In this document: positions 44,020-58,319 of the stretch, one piece after another | How the letters are laid out: each line of letters starts with the position of its first letter | Numbering within the stretch: position 1 is the stretch's first letter | Assembly (NCBI GenBank): GCA_964016885.1 | Contig: OZ024745.1 | Coordinates: forward strand, 17,422,001 to 17,486,000 | Source: Eledone cirrhosa | Lineage: Eukaryota | DNA: 64,000 bases | Direction: 5' to 3' | Program-made: the position numbers and the translations under genes | The notes under the pieces: model-generated | Databases searched by the model: none | What the model was told of the DNA's origin: nothing | Seen by the model: only the letters and a program-made list of their open reading frames with translations

Positions 44020-44800
44020 AAGTTGCAACTGCACTGCAAAAATAAATTTCAGCTTATCGGAGGCAGCCAATCACTATACTTTCGATGAAGTAAGAAATTC
44101 ATCCTCTGCAAAGGATGGACACTTTTTTACATGAGTGGGAGAACACCATGCATGAAATGCTGACTGCAAGTATTCCATTTGTACGAGATAACAAGGAGCG
44201 TGAATACCAAAGACAAAAGACGTAGGATATAATTTACCTTAATGCATTATCTTTTGTGCTGTCGAAATTTGCGTGTGTGGTTACGTAAGTTGCAAGAACA
44301 AATAACATAGATTGTGTGAGCTATTCGAACTGTCATCATCATTTTCAGCAATTATTCGTTCGATAGATCCAAGTTACAACTAGGTACTAAGATACTGCCA
44401 ATCACATAATCATAGTACAGTGGAATATTTGGAACATGAGAACTTGAAAGAGGAAGGACAATTTGCACTGTGGAAGCGTAACACGTGGTGCAAATAAAAC
44501 AAAGAAATATACACTCGAAATTCAGATTATGCTCTCAGGTAAGTTCATACATGAATTAAACGAAAGGGAGTGGTATTTATACAAGTGCAACGAGCTTGTG
44601 ATTGCTATGCAGCAACAAGTCTATATACACTCACTTCTCTTTAGACACAATGGACTGAGAAATATATTGTTTGCATTAGTTTGGACTGATTACGAAAATA
44701 GAGACAAACGCCATGGATAATATTTTGACCATGCATATGCCACATACATTATTTAACAACAGCATCAAGTATTCCAAGGGAATAGAAATGTATGCATACA
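44020..44800 (+). pseudogene. Possible decayed LRR fragment
   Basis: ORF 44463-44720 IMLSGKFIHEL..IHSLLFRHNGL. Confidence 0.3.
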
Positions 44801-44805
44801 GATAA

Positions 44806-44848
<43 letters not shown>

Positions 44849-45020
44849 CGTACATGTACGTCAAAACTAATTTTTCTCCATTTCTCCGAGGGTTCTTAAC
44901 CCCACCATCAGGCTAAATAATTTCTTTAATTTCATTAGTCAAAATACGGCGATAACTTACATTTCTAATAATTTCAAACCCACTCGCTGTTTCGAAAATA
45001 TTCTTACATATATATATATA

Positions 45021-46026
45021 TATTGTTATACTTGGGGAGGGTTATATTGTTGTAATAATAGTGCCAGAAATAATAACAGAACACACTCACTCTTTGGTTG
45101 GTTTTCGCTTCTGTATCTTTTATATCTCCATAGTTAATTCATTTGGCAATCAACCTTTATCAGTGATTGGCCAACATTTAAAAATACAGATATAAATGTA
45201 TATATATAGTCTATTAAAATTCTTTCGTTGCACATCTGCAACATCATCAGTGGTACTATTATGTTCCCTCCTATTGTATTGTATTGTAATATCTACGCCA
45301 TTTTTTTAATTAATTTTATTTTACTGTACTAATAAGAAATGTGTTATATGTAAAATGAACCCCCAGATAAACTGTAAAACTAGAAATGTAGTCTATAGCA
45401 TAAGATGTACAGAGAGGGTACTTGCAGAAACATGACAACGACATACATAGGTAAGACAGCATAGGAGAAAGAATAGACCAACAGTGGTGGGAATTAAAAG
45501 GACAAAAGATCGGTTCAGTACTATACGAACTCACCGGACAAAGACGTGACGGTAATATAGACAACATAGACATTAAAATAATATCTAAACATATAAATGA
45601 CTCAACAGGTAGCCAAATCAGAGAAGCAAATGGAATAGAGCTTAGAAGACCATAGTTAAACAGAAAAAAACGAATAGAATAACAACCATACCCAAACAAA
45701 CAGTACTGAGTTAAGGGAAATATAAATAAATAAATATATATATATACACAAGTACAATAACAACAAACACATATAAACACACACTAGTAAACAAAGATTG
45801 AATACAAAAACACATACATATAAACTCAAACGCGAAAACACACTCCAAACATTATACACACACTCAAACGCATGCGCAGACAGAGACAAGAATAAATAAA
45901 TGAATAAAATAAAAATGGCGTAGATGTTACAATACAATAGGAGGGAACAAAATAGTACTACTGATGATGTTGCAGATGTGCAACGAAAGAACTTTGATAG
46001 ATTATATATATATATATATTTATATC
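45021..46026. mobile_element. Older pLTR fold-back; right arm (from 45895) is interrupted and resumes at 51072-51237
   Basis: 45208-45320 is the reverse complement of 45895-46010 and 45021-45208 of 51072-51237; HHR-like CTGATGA-T-GTTGCA gatg TGCAAC-GAAA at 45961-45988. Confidence 0.85.
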
Positions 46027-46071
46027 GGAAAATAAAACGAAGAGTGCTCATATCATCAATCATTTTTTATT

Positions 46072-46119
46072 CGTTGACAATGTTTCATCCATACCATGGG
46101 GCAGGACTCATCAGAGCGT
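46072..46119 (-). ncRNA. Minimal hammerhead ribozyme (mirror copy 50882-50926 +, with 3-nt core deletion)
   Basis: CGCT-CTGATGA-GTCCTGCC ccat GGTATGGAT-GAAA-CATTG-TC-AACG. Confidence 0.8.
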
Positions 46120-46147
46120 TGAAAACAAAAATACAATAGTGAAAATT

Positions 46148-48400
46148 CCGCAAAAACCTCAAATCTATAGTTAAGGGCTTTAGTGATAAAGAATCTATCC
46201 TCGTCCCATCGGATAAAACTAAGAATATTTATAGCCTAGATTATAATATGTATCGCATGTTCATCTATAAGGAACTTCATAGGAACTATAAAAGGTGACA
46301 TACGCCAATTTGGATGAAATAAATAAGGAGGGACTAGATATTGTTAGGAAATTAAAACTTGAGATGTATACCCAACCCTATACCCCTAGCAACCTAGGTT
46401 TACACTAAAAGATCATGAGGTGGATTTTATTAGTAACCCATCTATTAGACTAATAAGCCCATCTAAATTGGACATAGGGATCATAAGTAAGAAGATATTA
46501 GATGGTGTACTACCCGTAATTAGAAGTAAAATTTTCCTTGACCTGTGGGGGAATACGGATGAGGTAATAAAATGGTTCTCAAGCATTAGTAACCATAAGT
46601 CCCTTATGTTTGTCCAGTTTGATATTGATTCGTATTATACCTCTATCTCCCCAATCCTCCTGAATAAAGCTGTCATCCTGGCCATGCAGAATAGTGATCT
46701 TACTAGATCCCAAATTGATATTGTTCTTGCCGCACGTAAAACCATAATCCTGTTTGAGGCACAATTATGGACCCGGAAGAACACACCTAACAACTTCGAT
46801 ATTACAATGCGGTCTAGTGACTCAGCTCAGGTCACAGATTTAGTTGGACTTTACCTCCTCCATGAGTTACATAAAACTTTTCCCTACCTTCGCCATGGAC
46901 TATACCCTGACGACGCCCTACTCACACTTGAATATAAAAAAACACAACATTGAAAGAACTAGGAAGGACCTACATAAATTCTTTAGAGGCTTCAACCTTA
47001 GTATTACTATAGACAAGAATAATAAAACAGCTAATTTTTTAGATGTAACTCTTGACTTAGAAAATAAGACATTCACACCTTATCATAAACCTAACGAAAA
47101 ACGGACCTATGTAAATGCTAATTCCAACCATCCTAATTCAGTCCTAAATACCATTATTAAAGGCGTATCAAATAGGATTAGCCGACTATCACATAGTGAG
47201 GATGCATTTAACTCTAATGTTGAATATTACAATGAAGCACTAGCAAGGTCTGGATATAAGAATAAGTTATATTACATTCCTAGTAACTCCCAAACCACGT
47301 GTGCTGGACCAAATACTAAAATTGCGCAAAATATGTCTCTAAATAATAACAGTAGTAGAAGTGGGTATAAAGGTAAAACTCATATAGTAAATAATTCTGC
47401 CCTACCACGGCAGAATAAACATACCGTGGACCCTCCTAACACCCATACTATTAATACTAATAGTGGTGTGATAAGATCTAGAAACCAAGGACATAGAGGG
47501 GTCGGTGACTAAATAACGTAGGGCAACCAGATCTGGGAAATAATAACAATTCTGAGGATCTTATACGTAACAATTCACTTGGGAGGAATAATAGAAAAAA
47601 TAGAAGACAAAACACGTACTTTAACCCAGCCTATGACTCTGAAATCGTAACCAACCTTCCCAGAACTTTCTTCTCTATCTTGGAAAGAAACTTCCCGCCA
47701 GGCACTAGATATCATGGTATTATTAATAAAAATACGATTAAACTATCTTATTCCACTACCCCAAACTTAACCGCCCACATAGCACGTACTAATAATAGGA
47801 AAATTGGGGTAGGGTTTGAGACCATCAGCTCTGTAAATAACCACCAACAACCTAACCCATTGGGAAATGAGTTCCCTGATGGTGGTAACGACACACCAGA
47901 CGTACAAATAACGTTTCGGGATAGTAAAACCAACCAGTCCTCCCGACGCATGTTGAACAATACAAACCACAATTGTAATTGTAGACGGAGGGATAGTTGC
48001 CCTTTGAGGGGCAACTGCCTCATGAGGAATATAGTTTATGCATGTGATGTTATTACGGCAACCTCTACGAAAACTTTTATTGTCTCAACCTCTACTTCAT
48101 TTAAGACTAGATACAACTCCCATAAATACACATTTAGTTATGATAGGCTCAAGAATACCATCTCTTTGGCCGGGTATGTTTCCGAATTAAAAAATGCTGG
48201 TATTACTTATACCCTCAATTGGATTGGTGACTAAATCTACACCATATAGCCCACCGAGCAGAACTTGTAACCTGTGCCTTCTAGAGTCTCACGCCATAAT
48301 ATACTCTATATACAACCTGCTCAATAGGAAATCTGAAATATTTTCTTCTTGTCCACCCATGATCCTTAGTTCATTCTACTACTTTAAGCCAGTTAACTAT
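46148..48400 (+). pseudogene. PLE RT + GIY-YIG, disrupted
   Basis: ORFs 46420-46953, 46844-47512, 47680-48234, 48194-. Confidence 0.9.
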
Positions 48401-49010
48401 ATAAGCCGGTTATCACCCCTCACTTATAACTCCGTAGAACTCCTTCAACTCTTTGACTCCTTAATCCTTCAACCCACCTACGCTCCCCTGTATGGAGGGA
48501 ATTCTAACTTCTATTAGTCGAGTATTTGTTCACTGATGAATACTATTGCATCCCAATCGGCGTATCTCCTGGATAACGGAGGTTATCTAGTCGGGTATTA
48601 CGGCCCGTTGCTATTATGCGTGAGGTAATGAATTTACCCGCCCCATCCGGCTTGGTCCTAATTAATTCCTATGAGAGTATGTAGCCACATGTATTGACCC
48701 TTCTTGTTGGATGCCTTGCGTATGCTGCCCACTCCTCCTATTTGGCAATGGCTATGTCTCCTACCGCGGGATAGACCCCATACCTATACTTATATATTTG
48801 GTTACCGTTTCTCTGCCGTTAAGCCTATATGCTAAGAATTATGTTTATAACTTACCCCATAATAAATTTAATATAGTTGATTATAGTCTTACATCCTTAC
48901 ACAAGGTTAACAACGATTTACTGGCTTATCGTATTATCTTTTTGAACAGTTAGGAGATCTGTTAATAGCATAGTTCCTTACATAGGTCCGATAATATTTA
49001 TTTGTATATG

Positions 49011-49197
49011 TGGATTGGCAGTATTGGTAGAGGGTCGGAGGCCATGCTTTGACGTATAGAATTACGGCCCTTTCCATTCTGAGTTCAAATCCCGCCAAGG
49101 TTAACTTTGCCTTTCATCTTTACGGGGTCGATAAAATAAAGTACCAGTAATGCACTGGTTATTTGCTGGCCTTGTGCCAAAAGTAGAAACAATTATT
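49011..49197 (+). mobile_element. SINE family A inside the PLE 3' region
   Basis: Full-length match to the other copies. Confidence 0.9.
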
Positions 49198-51299
49198 ACT
49201 GCTAGATAATATACACGGTGTAGGAATTTACTATCGAATTTTTGATCTCATAGATGAAGTGGTAGGATAGAGTTCCTTTGCCTTAGAAATACAGCTAATA
49301 TAAACGATGTAGAAATTTATTATTATTTTTCCTACGGTCTGAAATCTTTGAATTTTTGATTTCATAGATGAAGTGGTAGAGTAGTCTCCCTTCCTTTGCC
49401 TTAGAAACCTATTTAGTATTGAGTAACATGGAGTTATCCACTATATGTGCCCTTTACGTCATCATTTGGTGTGCAAACATTTATCGCCATTGTTTATTTT
49501 TTTGTGGAACGGAATCCCTGGACTACTGCATGATATGGTCGCTGTCTTGTGTAATTAATGAACACATGTATGAGTTGATTGACTCACAGACGTGCTGGGC
49601 AGAATTACTGATTCGTTCTGTACACTTTTATATTTTATGTCATGTTATATTATATTTTAAGTTTTTTGTCTAACCACGTGCTTCATGTGAACAGTTAACA
49701 AGCTGCTGCTATAATGTGTGTTCATGCATGCTCGGACAATGATACCATCTGAACACGGACCGGGATATACATTACTGTAGGTGATAGTGAAGAGTAAAAT
49801 ACCGCTGTCTGGAGCACTAATAATTATACGAGGATTTCGATTTTAACACCGGCTCATAACATATAGTACTATACGTTATGATACGTACAGGTGGATGGGT
49901 GAACACGACTAGAATACCATCTATGAAGGATATATATATTTGGTTGTATATATGTTGTGACATTTCGTGAGTTACCATCTACTGACGACATATGTTTTAT
50001 ATTCCCCTTGCCGATATGATTCAAACTTTGTTTAAACCATATATGAATTTTCTGTTATGAATATTTCGTTATGAATTGACTGCTTCAGCTTCTTCTGTAC
50101 ATTAACCTTGCTTTGCTTGTGTTTCAGCTTCTGTCTGTACTGCACCCATCCTTATGAAAGACTAACACCTCTTATCCTCACAGCTCCACTACCTAATGGC
50201 TACCGTAACTGTGCTAAATTTGGAGAATACTAAATCCCCCGTGAACCTTATTACCATACTTTAAGGGCTACATGGCACTTTTCTATATGACACCCCTATG
50301 GATGCCTAGTCCTAGTGTAAATTATTTGCTGGATATTCCTACTTTGACTACTGTAATATTTGCGTGCACCGTGGCTCACCCTGGGAAACTATAGAACTTA
50401 AGAATCTTTGCCATGAGAAATCATCTAGCATATATCTATTCGACTGTGACCAATGCATGCTTTCTCTTCTTGCGTTGGTGTGCCTTCATATGCCTCTATG
50501 CCTTCCCCACTCTTTTGTTAATTATTTTTTTAATATTTTGTTAATTATTTTTTTTATTATTATTTTTTTTTCTTTAATTTTAATTTTCTTAAATAATAAT
50601 TTTTTTTAATTATTTTAAATTATTTTAAAATTATTTTTTTATTATTTTTTAAATATTTTAAATTATTTTTCAACTATTTTTTTATTATTTTTGAGTATAT
50701 GTGTGAGTATATGTGTGATTATTTTATTTTACCGTATTTTTCTTTACTTTGACTATTATGTATCATCCCCATCCTTCTCATCTCCATTCTCCCTATTATC
50801 CTATTATCCTGAACCATATATCTATTTTTCTTGTGATATAGGTCGGTAGAGCTGATTTTCACTATTGTATTTTTGTTTTCATCGCTCTGAGTCCTGCCCC
50901 ATGGTATGGATGAAACATTGTCAGCGAATAAAAATCGATTGATATAAGCACTCTTTGTTTTCTTTTCCTATAACGGCTCAGTTTTCGAACATTGAGCTAA
51001 CAAGATACTGTCACAAGTAATACAGAGTACAGGTGTGTTCTTTTACACATACGTTCTGCTATCTAAGCATAATATATATTTCTATCTGTATTTTAACCGT
51101 TGGTCGTCTCAATGATAAACATAGATGGCCAAATGAATTAACTATGGAGACATAAAAAATGCAGAAGCGAAAACCAACCAAACAGTGAGTGTGGCAATAT
51201 TATTACAAGAATACGACCCTCCCCAAGCATAACAATATTTGTTTCGACACACGATTTCATATCAAAAACCTTGCAAAACAAATATATATATATATTAAC

Positions 51300-51917
51300 A
51301 GGAATGAATAAATACTGTCCTTTATTACATATATTGTTATATAATTTATTGTTAGATGTTAGTTGAACTAGATACTGGGTTGAGACAATTCAGATATGGT
51401 ACTATGCACTCAATACATGTCAAATAAGTTAGTCACGAATTATTTAAATGGCACCATCACATTTGTGAATATTAAGAACGACGGGCTGGAACAATATTTG
51501 ACGTATTGAGAATATCTGTCAAGAAGGACTTACCGTTCGATAAGACATTAAAGTAAATATTAGATAGATTTTTTTTTATTAGTTCAATAAATAGCTTTCT
51601 ACTTTAACGGCCTTATGTCTGATATTATCAGTTTGATTAAACCTCTCTGATGTCAGATTGACAGATCTAAAATTGCTCTGTATTCTCAAACTTATGATAA
51701 AAGCTGTGTAGAGACAACAGAATTAAATCTGTCAGATTCTAGGATGAAAAGATCAACTCTGCAAACTTAATGAATTCTTCCACTAGAAATACAAAGAACA
51801 AAACAATGAATAACGTATATATATATATATATATGCACACATACACACGCATAAACACACACATAAACACACGCATAAACACACACGTAGACACGTACTC
51901 TCACAATGGCATACTCA

Positions 51918-51984
<67 letters not shown>

Positions 51985-53000
51985 TTATATATATATATAT
52001 GTGTGTGTGTATATATATATTTATATAATTTATACATATACAACTGTTGACTAACGCAGCATTGTGAAAGTTTGTATTTCGAAACGTGATCATCCAAGTT
52101 AAAAATGATTATGGAATATTCGATATCAGAAATGTATTAAACTATCTGCGGTATTGTCACCTGCTCCGTGTTTGATACACTGTTTCCTTGTTCATCTAAC
52201 TAGTGGTTTGTATATCATACGTGTACGACTCTGTAATTCGTCGCAGATAATGTAATCGCATTTTCTACAGGCTACTAATATGACTACTCCTTTCCAACTA
52301 CCTTAATAAATAACTTTGGATTTGCTGATTGTAAAGAAATTGCATTTCTGAAACATTAAAGTGGAAGGAATATTTTTGACAACATTTAACCGGCAAGACA
52401 TCATTGATCGATAGAATTTGTGTTACACCCGTCCTACTGTAACATATATTTTAGTTTCGGAGGGAATTAACTTCAATAACATCTACGGCTTCTACACTCA
52501 AACGACTATCCATAGCAGTTTTTTCTTTTTATTTTGTTGGATCCATTTCGTCGATCTCTCAAGAAAAGTCTAAAAATCATTCATGAAAATTTCTTTTCTC
52601 AAATGAAGCTCTTCTGTTTTGACTTAGGCGCCTGTTACTAAATCAATACACATTCCCCCAAAGAACTAAGCAACCCTGCATTACTATTCATTTTGCCTCA
52701 AGATTTACTAAATAAATAATGTTGCTATTTTTGCAGCACGCATAGAAAGTTAAATATCAATTCAGGATCTATTTTCGTTCCGTTTGCTTTCTCATGCGTC
52801 TAATCTCGGAGTTCACGCATAACGTCTAGTTCAATTGAATATAGCATTCAACACTATTAATTGAGTGAATGGCTGTGAATATCTCCGAATGTATAAGAGG
52901 CTGTAGCCCTTCAGTGCTTTTTTTCCGGTCTAAGCATATAAAAACATGTTACAATTAAAATACTCTGTGATATAAAATACAAAGCATTCTCCTATAATTT
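51300..53000 (+). pseudogene. Possible decayed LRR gene, split by a (CA)n block
   Basis: LNLSDVRL, ELNLSDS, NIFDNI, STLKRLSIA, IIHENFFFSNEALL. Confidence 0.35.
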
Positions 53001-53574
53001 AATGAGTATTTATGTTGATTTCCTTATCATAGTAATGACGGTTATAAAAACAGGCATAAACGAGACCTTTTAACAATAGAAAATCTATCAGCCTCATAGC
53101 AAAACACATTAGTGTGTTTATCAAACCACTTAACAGCATTACAATAGGAATAGTACAATCTAATGCAACTTTGTTTAAAACATTGCCTTTTCCAGCATCA
53201 CCAACAAGAACGAAACTAACAATAACAGCAGGAACTCTCTTTGCATCGTCACCACCTCTAACAACAACAGCAACTTAAAAACAACAGCATCTTCACTAAC
53301 AGCATAAAGAAACAGCATAAACAATATCAACAAGAACACGATTAACGACAACAACGGTATCAACATCAGCAGTTCACCAATGTCAACAGATACATCAATA
53401 ATATACTTTAGGAACTTTAAATGGTAGGCAAAATAAAGGCCTTATATTGATATGGAGTGTGGTTGTTTCCAAAGGCAATATTGATATTTCTGATGACTTA
53501 CTATATATCCATGATTTAATGAGGAGGAGGATCGAACGAAATAGTGTGAATATAATCATGTCAACCTATAATGG

Positions 53575-53770
53575 TTTCTGATTTAAGCACAAGCCCAACA
53601 ATTTAGGAGACAGGAGAAAGTCGATTTATTCAGCCCCATATGTTAATGGTATTTATTTTATCGACTCCTTAAGGATAAAACGCAGTGCTAACGTCTGCAA
53701 GATTCGAACTCAGAATGTAAAGCGGAGAAACCAAGCATGTTGGCCGAAATTCGACCGATATTGTCATTCC
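53575..53770 (-). mobile_element. SINE family A-related, diverged
   Basis: TGGTATTTATTTTATCGACTCC..GATTCGAACTCAGAA. Confidence 0.75.
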
Positions 53771-54482
53771 ATAGCCTTTTTTATATCAATCTATGATCCT
53801 TCCTTCGGGTACAGTAATTCCTGGTAGAGGCGTAGCGGTGCCATATACGGCGTTTCTAGTTCATTTTCTTTTAAACCGACGAATCCTATCTCCTCCCCCA
53901 AACTTTAATTTGAAACAAAAAACAGTCTTCAATTTACTATAGTAAATTTGAAAACATCTATTTTTATATTCACTATATTATACATTTTGTATTATAAGCA
54001 ATATTATACATTTCGTACTTCAATATATATATAACGATAAAACAGTCTCGCTTGACTGAAATATTGCTGTGAGTTATATAATACTCGGCCTCCATTGCCA
54101 GTCCTCAACCTAGCCGCAAACCAAATCAGTAATGTCAACACTAGGTTTTTATATACAGAGAAAAACACAGAATATATATTGAATAGCACTAATGACTACT
54201 GCAATTAAGATCTATTCAATTGAACAGCAAAAAACTGTAAATGGAAACACGAATGCCGAGAAATATACAAAGGCACCAAAATATAGAGAAATTTACACGG
54301 ACACATTTACACACACACGTAAACACACACACACATACACATATATATATATATATATGTGTGTATGTGCGTATGTGAGTGTTAGCGTGTACGTACATAT
54401 ATATATATAATATATATGTATATTTATACACATACAATTATAAATATAATATATATGTATATTTATACACATACAATTATAA

Positions 54483-54540
<58 letters not shown>

Positions 54541-54599
54541 GTGTGTGTGTTTATGTGTGTGTGTGTATATATTAGTAAAAAGGAAAAGAAAATGCTGCC

Positions 54600-56715
54600 T
54601 AATTTTTCCCAGTGTAAAATAGTTTAATTAGGAATACGTATAAATTAGTAATAAGTATTAGTTAGTATTCAGTTTTAGTTTTAAGTTTTTACCGGTTGTG
54701 CATTTCTTATGCTTTTCAAAAATAATTTTTAGATAGAGTGCTCGTGATTTTTGCTCTAATCTGATCAGTTTTGGAAATTCTTCCTGTTTTATGTGAAAAA
54801 AGTGGCTTAGGAGGTATTAAGATTTGGTTGGTTGTTGAATGTCACGTGAATAAGCACTATAAATTTCGCGCCAATTCGTGTTGCAAAAATTCTTGTAGTC
54901 AAAACAATTTTGATTGGTCGGTAAAAGTCACGTGAATGTTTAAATTGATTTAGCGCGAGCTGGTTTCGCGCCAAATGTAGGTTTGTCGAAGAGTGTCCTT
55001 TTCCGCTTGATTGAGTTTCAGTCATGTTGAGAGGTAAACAGTTCAGGTGTCTATTAAAACAAATATGTGTGTGTGTGTGTGTAGCAAAGTGGTTTATTGT
55101 TGTGATAATGGAAATGAATCGGTCAGTAGGAATGTGTGCGTACGTGTGTGTTTGTGGAGGTGAAGGTGGGGGGGTATTTTAACATGTTGAAACATATTTT
55201 TCAGCTCTTGTCTTATACAGAGAAGTGTGTGTCTCTGTGTGTGTGTGTGGATGGACCTGTATTGTTGTGGTAAAAATGGTACTGGTAAAAATGGCTTACA
55301 TTATTCGATATTTTCAGTCATTTGCAAAAACGATTCTCTGAAAAGAACATCAATAACATCAAAAATAAAAGAGGTGAAATGATGTATAGTATTGTCATAA
55401 CAACAAGGCGTGTGTGAGTCAAGATTGTACGTTCTGCGACGGGAATCCATTAGGCCCTGCCGTATGGGATACTTGTGTACAAATATGTATGCACAAATCA
55501 ATGTGCAATGCATGTGTGCGTATGTGTATGTGTGCGTGTCGGCACGTGTAATCTCTAAACATCAAAAGGTATGCGAATTTGTGTGTATTTGTGTTGCACC
55601 GTAGAACATGTGTTTACGTATGTCATTGTGTTTATATGTGGATAGAAATATATGTAGGATGTATGCTGATGTAGGTATGTATGTCAACGTGTGTATGTTG
55701 TGGGTTCGTCTTAGGAAGAAGTGTTTAGACGGGGTCCGTATTTGTTAATAAAGTGAGATTCCTTGCTGATGCGCTGGGTATGGGTGGCATTATCTTTAAA
55801 TTTGTAGAGAGGAAATATTCTAAAGTTGGGATTATTTTGGGCGGCAGAGGTATCTATGGGTTCACTCGGTGCTATTTTTCTGTATTCCCGTATTTTGATT
55901 TGAGATCTATAGACAGTCATGCGTTGGCGCAGGTTGTTTTTTGTCTGACATATGTATTGTTCTCGACAACCTGAGCAAGTTAATACATATATTAGGATTT
56001 CTTATGCGCACGTAAAACTGTGTTTTACTATAAAACGTTGTCCTTGTTTGAAATATTGTTCCGAACCCTCTATTAAGTTGATGCATATGCCACAGTTGGG
56101 TCTATCACATTTTTTTACTGTGGGTTTCGTTGTTGTGGTTGGCAGTACTTTGGCATGTGTTGACTTAGATTGTCTATTGCTCTTTATGATATCGTGTGTT
56201 CGAAGGATTTGGTTCATTCTATGGTCCTTTTTCAACACAGGGATGTTCTGGAGGATGGTGTCAAATGCCTCATTGTTGAGGGGGTTGTGTGTGGAGATGT
56301 ATGGAAGAGCTTTTAGTTTCGGTTGTCTGAGGTCCTGGGTGCTGAGTTTTAGGGCACGCTGGATTCCATTGTCAATTAGTGATGCAGGGTAGTCCCTGCC
56401 TATGAGTGTGTCCTTTAGTACTTGTAGCCGTAAGTAACAGGTGTTTTTATTGGAGGCTATAGTACAGATTCTCTTGGCTATGTTGTAGGGAATATTAATT
56501 TTAACGTGTCTAGGGTGGCAAGAGTTGAAAGAAAGATATTGCTTGGAGTCTGTGGGCTTGTAGTATATGTCTGTTTCTATTTGTTTGTTATGAATCTTAA
56601 TGAGGATGTCGTGGAAGGGGAGTCGTTGATGGCTGTATTACATTGTAAAATTAATATTCGTATTGACCCAATTTATGAGGGTGTGAAATTCTTTAATTTC
56701 TCGTTATACACGTGA
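54600..56715 (-). mobile_element. Neptune-like PLE, 5'-truncated
   Basis: IETDIYYKPTDSKQYLSFNSCHP, NIPYNIAKRICTI, CDRPNCGIC, YVLTCSGCREQY; pLTR with HHR-like variant at 54687-54722 and TTTCGCGCC/GTCACGTGA block at 54840-54975. Confidence 0.88.
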
Positions 56716-56736
56716 CAAATATGTATATATATCTAT

Positions 56737-56846
<110 letters not shown>

Positions 56847-57035
56847 ATCTACCAAAAGTTTACGGTAGTGTCCAATCCGTATGAAGAACTCAATGTAATC
56901 CGGATATCATGAAAAGAAGAGATGCATTCAAAAATCACTTTCGGTGAAAGGTAAACGGAAAACAGAGTCAAGATAAATTATTAAAAAAATAATGAATAAA
57001 CAAAGAAACAGTTCCTTATATTAAACAAAAAAAGT

Positions 57036-57176
57036 TCATTATTTTACGATCGTTTCTAGGACATATATCTGTTAGAATTGTTATGCATATTCAAAAGATC
57101 TATGTACAAAATTATACAAACTATCAGAGGGAATATACATACCTTCACATATATATGCTGTCTTCAGAAATAATGA
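57036..57176 (-). ncRNA. Hammerhead ribozyme with ~104-nt stem II (3' pLTR copy)
   Basis: Mirror of 62839-62979. Confidence 0.75.
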
Positions 57177-57899
57177 TGCTTGTTTATTGATAATAACAAC
57201 AATTCAATACAATAGGTCTGTTTGGGAATAGATTTTGAATAGACCAGTGAAATAGAGAATGAGATACATAAAAATCTATCAAGAAAATACAGTTAGGTGT
57301 GTATATATGTATGTAAATACGCTCACAGATGTGCATAAATGTGTATGCTCATATGTATACGTATAGTGAAAAAGTGTATGTAAATATAAAATTTAGGGCT
57401 AATGTATCTGTATGTCTGTAATCAACAGACGGAATAGATACATCATAAGTATATGAATATTGAGGCGCTCACATAAACACGCCCACACACACTTACATTT
57501 AGATTGGGAAGTAAAAGAGGTAAGGGAGTATAGTAATTAAAGGAAAGTGTCAATCTCGACATACTTATAAAAATTTATCAATAAATTAGAAATAAAAAAA
57601 TGTTTATAGAAGGAAAAAATTCAAGACAAGAAGACAAAAAAAAGACAAAAAAGGGGGCGGGGGGTACTTACATACACAGACACGCATGTCTCACAAAAGA
57701 AACATAAAAAAACATAAAAGATAAAAGAGAGACATAAAATATACATGCTTATATACACACGCACATTTACACATCCATACGTTCGATACGTACATACATA
57801 CACACACACATACACATACTTACACTCACGCATATTGACCTGTTTGTATGCACACGCATAAAAATAAGGAAAACATATACCCATACATATATATATACA

Positions 57900-57958
<59 letters not shown>

Positions 57959-58096
57959 CCATGTATATATACAACCACACACACACACACTCAGACATAC
58001 ATATATATAGACGTACCCACACATATATACACAGTTAGACACATATACACATATATACACATACATACACACATCTCTACACATACATATATACAA

Positions 58097-58146
<50 letters not shown>

Positions 58147-58319
58147 GCATACATATGTATTTTTATACTCACATACATACACACTTACATACATACACAC
58201 TTACATATACATACACACATCCACGCTTACATATACATATAATTATGGGGGGGGGGAGATTAAATTTATTAGTGGGAAATAGTAAATATATAGATTTCAA
58301 GGAACATAGAATACTAACC

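Larger units (their letters stand above)
46027..51071 (+). mobile_element. Naiad-like PLE, 5'-truncated, inverted pLTR cap (46027-46147 / 50855-50970), candidate 15-bp TSD
   Basis: ORF pieces: DKTKNIY, NPSIRLISPSKLDIG, QFDIDSYYTSI, SSDSAQVTDLVGLYLL, GLYPDD, FLDVTL, CNCRRRDSCPLRGNCL..VYAC, CNLCLLE; ATATATATTTATATC (46012) / ATATATATTTCTATC (51072). Confidence 0.92.

Noticed and set aside
53175-53400. Hydrophobic 63-aa ORF
   Set aside because: Antisense of a low-complexity AAC/AGC-rich tract
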